A DNA stretch of 8,647 bases from PVC group bacterium (GCA_022560555.1 JADFSZ010000069.1:1-8647); one strand, 5' to 3'; positions 1-6,908 are shown, numbered from the stretch's first letter. Made by a program: numbers and translations. Notes: generated by a model not told the origin, from the sequence alone.

Positions 1-35
1 TTAGCTGGCTTTCACTTGGAGCACTTAAAGGGCGG

Positions 36-587
36 ATGTCTTTTGCGAAGAATTTGTTTTCAAATCAATTTCATCGTAAAGACACACAAGCGTTTAGTAT
101 CCGCTCCGTTAACAATATGATGACCATCGTTGTCGTGGCTCTGGCGGGATTTTTGATTATGAATATTGCGACCGCGCTGATGAATATGGGAGGGGGAAGG
201 ATGTTTAAGGTGAAATCTGTTTCGGGCGGAACAACACTTGCGTATGACATCAAGGGGGGATTTGTTAAACCCTTGAACGGGATACTTTTGAAAATCCGCG
301 GTCGGGACATTTTTAAGATGGGGGAATTAAAGAAGTCTCAGACTCAGGAAGCCGTCGCGGAAGAACCTAAGGAAGATCCTCGCGCCAAAGCGTTAGAGGC
401 GGTCAGTCATCTCCGGCTCGTCGGGATATCCTGGTCAAGCGATCCCGACGCGATGATCGAAGACACAAAGGCTGTACGAACGTTTTTTGTCAAGACGGGC
501 CAAAAAATCGGGAAGGTGACCATCGAAGCTATTTTTAAGGATAAGGTTATTTTAGAAGTCCTAGGACAGGAAGTCGAGCTCAAATGA
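36..587 (+). CDS. Secretin-associated bitopic membrane protein, PilP/GspC-like (183 aa)
   Basis: ATG at 36. The protein has a short N-terminal cytoplasmic segment, one hydrophobic helix (MMTIVVVALAGFLIMNIATAL) and an E/P/K-rich linker. Its C-terminal beta-rich module (LRLVGISWSSDPDAMIEDTKAVRTFFVKTGQKIGKVTIEAIFKDKVILEVLGQEVELK) has the pattern of the secretin-binding domain of PilP/GspC. The stop overlaps the secretin start (ATGA, 584-587). The frame stays open back to base 3, so a start outside the window cannot be excluded. Confidence 0.55.
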   Translation: MSFAKNLFSNQFHRKDTQAFSIRSVNNMMTIVVVALAGFLIMNIATALMNMGGGRMFKVKSVSGGTTLAYDIKGGFVKPLNGILLKIRGRDIFKMGELKKSQTQEAVAEEPKEDPRAKALEAVSHLRLVGISWSSDPDAMIEDTKAVRTFFVKTGQKIGKVTIEAIFKDKVILEVLGQEVELK

Positions 588-2365
588 ACCGAACGCGGAC
601 ATATGTTTTTCTCTTGTTTTTATTTTCCTTTTTGGAATTCTGTTCCTTGGGAATGTCGCAAGATTTTTATGGTGATGAATTTGTTATGGATAATCCCATT
701 GATCAAGAAGAGGTGGCTGAAGAAATGCCTTTGGCCGGTATGGAGCAGGATATCACGCTTGATTTACGCAACATAGAGATAGTGGATGCTTTAAAATTTC
801 TAGCCACCAAGGCCGGGATTAACATTATCACTACCAAAAAAGTCAGCGGGCGGGTCTCTTTTATGGTGGAACATGTCAAAGTGAAAGATATTTTTGACTT
901 GATGTTGAGAAGCAATGAACTCGCGTACGCGAAACAGGGAAATATCTATAATGTAATGACAGAAGGTGAGTACAAGGTTCTTTTTGGAGAAAGATTTTCG
1001 GATATCAGACAGGTCAAAACATTCCGATTAAAATACGCGATCCCTGAGCAGGCCTTCACATTGCTCGATACATTAAAAAGCTCGATCGGACGTGTGCTTG
1101 TGGAGCCGGATTCCGGCACGGTTCTGATCATGGACACGCCGGAAAAAGTGATTGAAATCGAACGGGCTTTAGCGACACTGGAGCAGAGAAATCTTGTGAA
1201 AGTAATCAAGCTGAACTATGCCAACGCTAAAGATATTGAAGAGCAGTTAAAACCACATCTGGACGGCAAAAAAGTCGGAACCATTCGGTCGGATGAACGG
1301 TCGAATCAAGTGATCATTCAGGCCTTGCCGGGACGCATGCTCGAAATTGAAATGCTTATCGCTAAATTGGATGAAAAAACTAAACAAGTGTTGATCGATG
1401 CTAAAATCATTAAAATCGGTCTTTCGGAAACAAATGAACGCGGGATCGAATGGGACGGATTGTTTGAAATGGGCCGTCAGTACGGCCTCAATTATCTCGG
1501 GTCCACCCCGTTTGGAGCCATTCAGGCCGCCGGTGATGCATTTCGAACGCGCACAGACGCTTTTAACGATGGCGGTGCGCAAATCGGACAATTTCCTTCA
1601 AGCGGCTTCTCCAACAATTTTGGGGGCCAACAAATTAGACCCGGACAGATCCACGTCGGAATCGTTGATGAAAAGATCGATTTTGATGTGTTGATTAAGT
1701 TTTTGCAGACCATCGGAAACACGCAAATTCTTTCCAATCCAAAACTTGTTGTGACCAATAACCAGGAAGCCCGGATTCATGTCGGGGAACGTCAGGCGTA
1801 TATTACGTCTACCACAACGACCGGGCAATCAACGTCTACGGTTTCCGAAGAAGTGACATTTGTGGATGTGGGGATTCAATTATCCGTGATTCCCACCATC
1901 AACGATGAAGGTTTTATCACGCTTAAGGTGAAGCCTGAAATTTCCAGTGTGATTTCGACTCTGATCACTCCCAGCGGAAACCAAATCCCGATTATCGACA
2001 CATCTACGGCGGAAACAACGGTTATGGTAAAAAGCGGGGTAACCGTTGTGATCGGCGGATTAAGACGGGATGAAAAAACCGAAGTTACGGATCAAGTGCC
2101 TTTTCTGAGCAAGATTCCGTTTTTAGGATTTTTCTTTAAGCAAACCAAGGTTGTGGATCAGCGAACCGAACTTCTTGTGCTGTTGACGCCTTATATTATT
2201 GACGGTGAACATCTTATTTTAGGGGATCCGCGGGATTATGACTTCGGAGCCACCGGGGGGAAAAAATACGCCGAATATACGGCTATAACGGACGATAGTG
2301 ACTATGTAGGGCCTTTAGACAGGCCTGAAGATCGTATTAAGTCTTATCGGGAGTATTCGGAATAA
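584..2365 (+). CDS. Outer-membrane secretin, PilQ/GspD family (593 aa)
   Basis: N-terminal signal peptide (MNRTRTYVFLLFLFSFLEFCSLGMS). An N0-like domain is present (ITLDLRNIEIVDALKFLATKAGINIITTKKVSGRVSFMVEHVKVKDIFDLMLRSNELAY). Two secretin-N type repeats follow (VKTFRLKYA...IERALATLE and VKVIKLNYANA...IAKLDEKT). The C-terminal secretin core is canonical (ILSNPKLVVTNNQEARIHVGERQAYI...VDVGIQLSVIPTINDEGFITLKVKPEISSV...TAETTVMVKSGVTVVIGGLRRDE...VPFLSKIPFLGFFFK...RTELLVLLTPYII). Confidence 0.92.
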   Translation: MNRTRTYVFLLFLFSFLEFCSLGMSQDFYGDEFVMDNPIDQEEVAEEMPLAGMEQDITLDLRNIEIVDALKFLATKAGINIITTKKVSGRVSFMVEHVKVKDIFDLMLRSNELAYAKQGNIYNVMTEGEYKVLFGERFSDIRQVKTFRLKYAIPEQAFTLLDTLKSSIGRVLVEPDSGTVLIMDTPEKVIEIERALATLEQRNLVKVIKLNYANAKDIEEQLKPHLDGKKVGTIRSDERSNQVIIQALPGRMLEIEMLIAKLDEKTKQVLIDAKIIKIGLSETNERGIEWDGLFEMGRQYGLNYLGSTPFGAIQAAGDAFRTRTDAFNDGGAQIGQFPSSGFSNNFGGQQIRPGQIHVGIVDEKIDFDVLIKFLQTIGNTQILSNPKLVVTNNQEARIHVGERQAYITSTTTTGQSTSTVSEEVTFVDVGIQLSVIPTINDEGFITLKVKPEISSVISTLITPSGNQIPIIDTSTAETTVMVKSGVTVVIGGLRRDEKTEVTDQVPFLSKIPFLGFFFKQTKVVDQRTELLVLLTPYIIDGEHLILGDPRDYDFGATGGKKYAEYTAITDDSDYVGPLDRPEDRIKSYREYSE

Positions 2366-2379
2366 AAGGGGAGTTTTTT

Positions 2380-3585
2380 ATGCGGAATAAAAAAGAAAAA
2401 ATGGGTATCATGATTTTAGGTCTATTGTTCTTACCTCTTGTGTTTTCCATGCTGCAAACTCACAGTCTCTTTGGCGAATGGGAATACACTGTTTTCGCTC
2501 AAAATGAAGGCCCGGATGGTGTCGAGCCTGACTCTGTCAGGGCCGCTCCTGAGTACAAAGATCTTATGAAAGAGAATATTACGCTCAAATCTGAGTACGC
2601 AGAACTGCAAAAAATTTACGCGGCCGTACAAGAAAGCGAAGAGTATGTCGCTCAATCGTCAAACATGACCCAACTTGTTACGGAAAACCAAAGCCTTAAG
2701 ACGCAGTTTGATGAACTCGTTGACAAGTACGAGAATCTGGAAAAAGACCGCAACAATATTTTGATTCAGACAAAGCGTTTATTGGAGGAAAAACGAGAAG
2801 TTCGCGATTTAGAAGCGGAACTCGCAAGCTTCAGACAAACCAATGAAAGTCTATTGTCCGCCCAAGAGGATGATCATATGCAGGACTTGAAATGGCAGGA
2901 TGAAATTAAAGAGCTGGAACGCGCGCAAGCCGAATTAACCAAGGAGAGAGATTATTATCAGGAATCGCTTGATAAGGTCAAGAAAGGGACCGCGATTAAA
3001 GAGCTTAAAGCAAAGTTAAAGACATTGGAAAAAGAGAGCCGAAAAACGATATCTTCGCTCGAAAAGGAGAAGAAGAATCTTTTTAAGGATTTTAAGCAAA
3101 CAAAATCTGAGTATCATAAAGTTCTGACCGCGAAAACAGACGCGAAATTAGCCGTCGAAGATTTGAAAGAAAAGCTTGACGATGCCTATAGAAGATTGGA
3201 AGACGCCGTGAATAAGAATATTGCTTTGGAAAAACATATTGAGAAAATTCCTGAGAAGTTTACCGAAATCGCGCGGCAAAATCAGACTCTTGTCAAAGAT
3301 ACGTCCGAGATGCATTACAATCTCGGGGTTTTTTACACTAAGAACCGGGAGTACAAGCGGGCCATTAAAGAATTTGAACAGACGATCGATATCATGCCGG
3401 ATGATGGCCATGCCCACTTTAATTTGGGATACATCTATGCTGAATATTTGGTAAATCGTCCGCAGGCCATCAAACATTTTCGTCAGTACTTGAGATTGGC
3501 AAAAAGCGGTGATGATGACGCGGATTGGGTCAAAAAATACTTGTTAATGTGGGAAACATACGAAGGAATTCCGGCCTCAAAGTAG
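2380..3585 (+). CDS. Signal-anchored/secreted coiled-coil protein with C-terminal TPR repeats (401 aa)
   Basis: A GGGGAG Shine-Dalgarno at 2368-2373 lies 6 nt before the ATG at 2380. The N-terminus has a basic n-region followed by a hydrophobic helix (MGIMILGLLFLPLVFSML). About 250 aa of heptad-like E/K/L/Q-rich sequence follows (LQKIYAAVQESEEY...LEKHIEKIPEKF). The C-terminus carries TPR-like repeats (MHYNLGVFYTKNREYKRAIKEFEQTIDIMPDDGHAHFNLGYIYAEY...AIKHFRQYLRL). Confidence 0.75.
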   Translation: MRNKKEKMGIMILGLLFLPLVFSMLQTHSLFGEWEYTVFAQNEGPDGVEPDSVRAAPEYKDLMKENITLKSEYAELQKIYAAVQESEEYVAQSSNMTQLVTENQSLKTQFDELVDKYENLEKDRNNILIQTKRLLEEKREVRDLEAELASFRQTNESLLSAQEDDHMQDLKWQDEIKELERAQAELTKERDYYQESLDKVKKGTAIKELKAKLKTLEKESRKTISSLEKEKKNLFKDFKQTKSEYHKVLTAKTDAKLAVEDLKEKLDDAYRRLEDAVNKNIALEKHIEKIPEKFTEIARQNQTLVKDTSEMHYNLGVFYTKNREYKRAIKEFEQTIDIMPDDGHAHFNLGYIYAEYLVNRPQAIKHFRQYLRLAKSGDDDADWVKKYLLMWETYEGIPASK

Positions 3586-3678
3586 TTTCTCCGGCGGGAA
3601 AGTTATTAAAAAATCAGATTGAATATGAACCCATTCGCGTACGCTTTATATAAGAGTAACGTGAAAGGCTGTTTTTTT

Positions 3679-4236
3679 ATGCGTATAAAGCTTGTTTCGA
3701 TTGCCCTCGCTCTGTTCCTGCTCATCGCGGCATGGCCCCCTGAGGCCGATGCCATGAAGCGAAGAGAAAGAAAAGTCCGCTCAAAATCCTCCGGCAAGTC
3801 CTCTCTGGTTCTTCTTGTGACTCTTGAGAAAGATGAGGTTAAAAAAGGGGATTCGATTCAACTGAATTTTATTCTTAAGAACAAAGGGCCGGAAGACGTA
3901 ACCATCAATAAGCGCATGCATCTCAATTCTAAGGAAAGCCTTAAAAAATATCGCGAACTCTTTTTAGACGTTGTAGGACCATCGGGCGAAGAGCTGCCCT
4001 GTAAAGTAAATACTGAAAAAGGATATCCCAAAACAGATGAGTTTGTTCTCCTTGCCGCGGGCAAAGAGTATCCGGCGGACCGCCCCCGATATATCCAGCG
4101 TTTTTTTGATTTTGACAAGCCTGGTGTCTATAAAATCAAAGCCACTTATCACAATATGTATGGGAGCGAAATCGGTCTGAAAACGTTTACGGGAAAAATT
4201 GAATCTATTGTGCTGACTTTGACGGTTATTGAATAA
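3679..4236 (+). CDS. Small secreted protein of unknown function, predicted beta-sandwich-like (185 aa)
   Basis: The ORF-track start at 3619 is a TTG. The ATG at 3679 gives a textbook signal peptide (MRIKLVSIALALFLLIAAWPPEADA). The mature part alternates polar and hydrophobic residues in the manner of Ig/CARDB-like folds (LVLLVTLEKDEVKKGDSIQLNFILKNKGPEDVTI...GVYKIKATYHN...IVLTLTVIE). I recognise no family. Confidence 0.65.
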   Translation: MRIKLVSIALALFLLIAAWPPEADAMKRRERKVRSKSSGKSSLVLLVTLEKDEVKKGDSIQLNFILKNKGPEDVTINKRMHLNSKESLKKYRELFLDVVGPSGEELPCKVNTEKGYPKTDEFVLLAAGKEYPADRPRYIQRFFDFDKPGVYKIKATYHNMYGSEIGLKTFTGKIESIVLTLTVIE

Positions 4237-4237
4237 A

Positions 4238-5782
4238 ATGAAAAAACGGTCGTTGGTATATACGTGTATTATTATGTCGCTGTTGTCCTGGGGGCCGGTG
4301 GGCTTAGCGTCTCTCGGAGCCGAGGACGCCCCGGATTTGAAAAAATATGCCGGTGAGGCCTTTGGAAAAAAAATCACGAACAGGGAATTTGCTTATCACT
4401 ATAGGACCGCGGCGATTTTCACCAGATCCGGCAAGGAAGATCGAACGGAGGAAGAAACCAGGGCGGAAGCGTGGCAGAATTATGTTTACCTGAAAGAGGC
4501 GAAAGAGATGGGATTTACCATTAGCCCCGAAGATCTGAAGAGCGAGCTTAAACGTCTTATGGCTCTGAAAAATGTTGAGTACGGTACGGAGAATTACCAT
4601 CAGATTGTACGTAATCAATTTCAGGAGAGCCCGGAAGATTTTGAAAGAAGGATCGAAGATCTTATGATTGTGAACCGGTTTTTAGCGGAAAAATCCAACC
4701 CCGATATTACGGTGACCGAGGCTGAAATGCTTCAAAAATTTCTCAATCAATACAACTCTTTTGAAAGTGAATACCTCCTCTTTGAAGACCGCGCCGAAGC
4801 GGAGGATTTCCATGCGAGGGTAAAAAAAAATCCCCGTCTATGGAAAGACACATGGGATGAAAAAAAGCCGCTCGGCCAAAAGGGGGGTTCCTGGATCAAT
4901 ATCATGAGTTTGGAGGCTTTGATTGATTTATGGAAGATCCCAAAAGACGATGCCTATCGGATCCTGAGTCATGAACCGGGCGAATTTATTGTTGCGAAAC
5001 TCATTTATGGGGATGTGGTGTTTCGCCTATTAAATACGCGCAAAGCTGATATGGAAAAGTATACGGAAAAAAAGCAGGATTACTACAAAGACATGCTTTT
5101 GGGTATAAAGAAACGTAAGCAGGTTCAGGGATACTTCGATGACCTTCTAGAGCGGGCCCAACACCGTGATTATTGGACAGAAAATGAAGAACAAAAAAAG
5201 CGTGAGCTATTGAAAACAAAAGATTTAATTGCCCTCGAAACGAACCATGGTATAATACACGTCAAATTATTTGTCGATGCGGCTCCTTTAGCCTGTGAAA
5301 ATTTTATCGGCCTCGTTGAAAAAGGGTATTTTGACGGGATCATCTTTCATCGTGTGATCAAAGGTTTTATGATCCAGAGCGGTGATCCAACGGGAACAGG
5401 CCGGGGGGGAGATTCTATTTGGGATATTCCTTTTATAAATGAGACGAGTGAGGACCTTTTGTTTGATCGGCCGGGCCTTTTAGCCATGGCGAATTCAGGA
5501 GCCAACACTAATAAGAGTCAGTTTTTTATCACGACAAGGAAAGCCCTTCATCTGAACGGCAGGCACACAATATTTGGTGAAGTCATCGCCGGGTATTCTG
5601 TGGTAAAAGAGATAGAGGGAGTTGAGACCGGTAAAAGTGACAAGCCGAAGGACGAGCAAGTCATTGTCAAAGCCTACATAGGCGATCTGTCAGAAGAGGC
5701 AGAGTTAAGGCTTGCCGGTGAAGAGGAATTTGAAAAAGCTGAAGAAGAGGAGGCGCTGACACATGATGAAAAAAATCAGTAA
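4238..5782 (+). CDS. Periplasmic chaperone/PPIase fusion: SurA-N/PpiD-like domain + cyclophilin-type peptidyl-prolyl cis-trans isomerase (514 aa)
   Basis: The ORF-track start at 4229 is a TTG. The ATG at 4238 lies 1 nt after the upstream TAA (4234-4236) and gives the signal peptide MKKRSLVYTCIIMSLLSWGPVGLASLGA. The N-terminal ~330 aa is helical and resembles SurA_N/PpiD (ITNREFAYHY...EAWQNYVYLKEAKEMGFTISPEDLKSELKRL...FERRIEDLMIVNRFLAEK). The C-terminal ~160 aa is an unmistakable cyclophilin (FHRVIKGFMIQSGDPTGTGRGGDSIW...LLAMANSGANTNKSQFFITT...LNGRHTIFGEV). The catalytic R, F, Q, N, Q-F and H positions are present. The protein ends in an acidic tail. Confidence 0.9.
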   Translation: MKKRSLVYTCIIMSLLSWGPVGLASLGAEDAPDLKKYAGEAFGKKITNREFAYHYRTAAIFTRSGKEDRTEEETRAEAWQNYVYLKEAKEMGFTISPEDLKSELKRLMALKNVEYGTENYHQIVRNQFQESPEDFERRIEDLMIVNRFLAEKSNPDITVTEAEMLQKFLNQYNSFESEYLLFEDRAEAEDFHARVKKNPRLWKDTWDEKKPLGQKGGSWINIMSLEALIDLWKIPKDDAYRILSHEPGEFIVAKLIYGDVVFRLLNTRKADMEKYTEKKQDYYKDMLLGIKKRKQVQGYFDDLLERAQHRDYWTENEEQKKRELLKTKDLIALETNHGIIHVKLFVDAAPLACENFIGLVEKGYFDGIIFHRVIKGFMIQSGDPTGTGRGGDSIWDIPFINETSEDLLFDRPGLLAMANSGANTNKSQFFITTRKALHLNGRHTIFGEVIAGYSVVKEIEGVETGKSDKPKDEQVIVKAYIGDLSEEAELRLAGEEEFEKAEEEEALTHDEKNQ

Positions 5783-6485
5783 ATCGACCGGTTTCGTATT
5801 AACAATTCTATTTGGCTTGAACATGGCCGTTTCCGGCCTATATGCGGCCGAAAAAGAAGATGAGGCCGCAAAGGCTAAGAAAGCCGCGCAGGAAAAGAAG
5901 AGGGAAATGATCCAAGAGGCCAAAGATAGCTTTAATAATACGGATTGGGCCATTAAGCTGATTCCGACAGGAGAGGATAGAGAAAGCAGAAAGGAAGAAG
6001 AAGATATTCTGCATTTTTCCGGATACAAATTCAGGTCCGACAAATTGATTAATGAGACTTTTAAACCCACCAATTACACGGTCCGCCTTAAGGGTAAGGA
6101 TGGGTCCCGCGTCATATGGGAGACCATGCAAACGAGTGAAAGCAAAGGAGTCGCGTTTTGGCGGGGAGAGTTCCAAAAAGATGGTAGTGTGCAGGGTGTT
6201 CTCTCATGGCATGTGAGTGATGATGACAGGAGGGATTATTCTTTTTCAGGTGAAAAGACAGTCATTGTTGAAGAAGTGCCAACGGAAGAGCCTGCTGAGG
6301 GGTCTGAGTCCGGCGAAGAGCTTATCACTGAGTCTGTCGTTGAGGCTGGTACGGATGTTCCAGAGGTTGTAACAACTGAAGCCGAGGCCGAAGCAGCCAT
6401 AGAAGTAGAAGAAACCCCGGCCCCGAAAGAAGTTGAAAAGAAGGAGCCTGCTTCTAGAGAAAGGCGAGGTCGTAGAAAATATTGA
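5763..6485 (+). CDS. Secreted protein of unknown function with acidic low-complexity C-terminal region (240 aa)
   Basis: A GAGGAGG Shine-Dalgarno at 5747-5753 lies 9 nt before the ATG at 5763. The start overlaps the upstream gene by 20 nt. Signal peptide: MMKKISKSTGFVLTILFGLNMAVSGLYA|AE. A compact central domain follows (WAIKLIP...ILHFSGYKFRSDKL...VIWETMQTSESKGVAFWRGEFQKDGSVQGVLSWH). The C-terminus is an E/T/V/P/A-rich acidic tail ending in the basic RERRGRRKY. Confidence 0.7.
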   Translation: MMKKISKSTGFVLTILFGLNMAVSGLYAAEKEDEAAKAKKAAQEKKREMIQEAKDSFNNTDWAIKLIPTGEDRESRKEEEDILHFSGYKFRSDKLINETFKPTNYTVRLKGKDGSRVIWETMQTSESKGVAFWRGEFQKDGSVQGVLSWHVSDDDRRDYSFSGEKTVIVEEVPTEEPAEGSESGEELITESVVEAGTDVPEVVTTEAEAEAAIEVEETPAPKEVEKKEPASRERRGRRKY

Positions 6486-6545
6486 TATGATGTATGATCA
6501 TGCTTGTTGTTAATTTTTAAGTCATTTACCATTAATAGTTTATTC

Positions 6546-6574
6546 TTGACATATTCACGCAACTTGCCTATATT
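6546..6574 (+). promoter_or_regulatory. Near-consensus sigma70-type promoter (-35 TTGACA, 17-nt spacer, -10 TATATT)
   Basis: TTGACA lies at 6546-6551. An exact 17-nt spacer follows (6552-6568), then TATATT at 6569-6574, which matches TATAAT at 5 of 6 positions. The upstream ~50 nt is AT-rich and UP-element-like. The predicted start is near 6581-6582, at the foot of a GC-rich 5' hairpin (AGGCCT 6584-6589 pairs with AGGCCT 6603-6608). Confidence 0.6.
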
Positions 6575-6611
6575 ATACGCGATAGGCCTGGGTCTTCTGA
6601 TAAGGCCTTAG

Positions 6612-6638
6612 TTTCCGATGAGTCAAGCTCATCGGAAA
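6612..6638 (+). other. Array hairpin HP1: perfect 11-bp stem, 5-nt loop
   Basis: TTTCCGATGAG (6612-6622), loop TCAAG, CTCATCGGAAA (6628-6638). It is followed by TA and then ATGCAC. Confidence 0.8.
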
Positions 6639-6699
6639 TAATGCACGAGCTACTTGGGCAGCCGGTTCGGGAGAAACTGCGCTTCTCAAACACCTAATG

Positions 6700-6724
6700 T
6701 TTAGAAGAGCCGAGCTCTTCTAAA
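6700..6724 (+). other. Array hairpin HP2: perfect 11-bp stem, 3-nt loop, stem sequence unrelated to HP1/HP4
   Basis: TTTAGAAGAGC (6700-6710), loop CGA, GCTCTTCTAAA (6714-6724). It is followed by ATT and then ATGCAC. Confidence 0.8.
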
Positions 6725-6809
6725 ATTATGCACGAGCTTATCAGGTTCCAGGCTCATGTTGAAATCATGCACAAGCTTATTGGGCAACAATTTCGGGAGG
6801 ACGCCTGGA

Positions 6810-6837
6810 TTTCCGATAAGCTGGCGCTTCTCGAAAA
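6810..6837 (+). other. Array hairpin HP3: imperfect stem with 10 of 12 positions paired, 4-nt loop
   Basis: TTTCCGATAAGC (6810-6821), loop TGGC, GCTTCTCGAAAA (6826-6837). The mismatches are T6817/C6830 and C6813/A6834. It is followed by CC and then ATGCAC. Confidence 0.6.
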
Positions 6838-6881
6838 CCATGCACGAGCTTGGTGGGTTCCAGGCTCGGGGGGACGCCTTA

Positions 6882-6908
6882 TTCCCGATGAGACCAGCTC
6901 ATCGAAAA
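6882..6908 (+). other. Array hairpin HP4: 7-bp perfect core (6886-6904) with U/A extension
   Basis: CGATGAG (6886-6892), loop ACCAG, CTCATCG (6898-6904). TT at 6882-6883 can pair with AA at 6907-6908 across a 2x2 internal loop. It is followed by TA and then ATGCAC. Confidence 0.7.

Noticed and set aside
626-646. Lipobox in the secretin signal peptide (LEFC)
   Set aside because: L-E-F-C does not fit the L-[AS]-[GA]-C consensus. A signal peptidase I site after SLGMS is more likely.
3619-3678. Upstream extension of the 3619 ORF (MNMNPFAYALYKSNVKGCFF...), and similarly 4229-4237 for the PPIase gene
   Set aside because: Both track starts are TTG codons. The extensions would bury otherwise ideal signal peptides behind non-signal sequence. 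The ATG codons at 3679 and 4238 give canonical n-h-c signal peptides.
3586-3678. Internal promoter or terminator between the TPR gene and the small secreted protein gene (TTGAAT at 3619, TATATA/TATAAG near 3647-3654)
   Set aside because: The spacing between the -35-like and -10-like hexamers is more than 20 nt. The only potential stem (around 3590-3602) is weak. The genes are probably co-transcribed.
4822-4830. Homopolymer tracts as phase-variation switches (A9 at 4822-4830 in the PPIase gene; T8 at 7887-7894 in the GT2 gene)
   Set aside because: The tracts are short for slipped-strand switching and are expected in an AT-leaning genome. Both are in frame as they stand. Without population data there is no evidence of length variation.
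703-6562. Numerous antisense or out-of-frame ORFs of 60-137 aa inside the large genes (e.g. 703-915, 946-1209, 1247-1591, 3148-3477, 3964-4377, 4304-4618, 5705-6073, 5838-6176, 6236-6562, 7022-7306)
   Set aside because: All are fully nested in, or overlap, much longer ORFs with clear domain content. Their compositions are skewed and low in complexity, as is typical of shadow frames. None has a ribosome-binding site or a recognisable motif.
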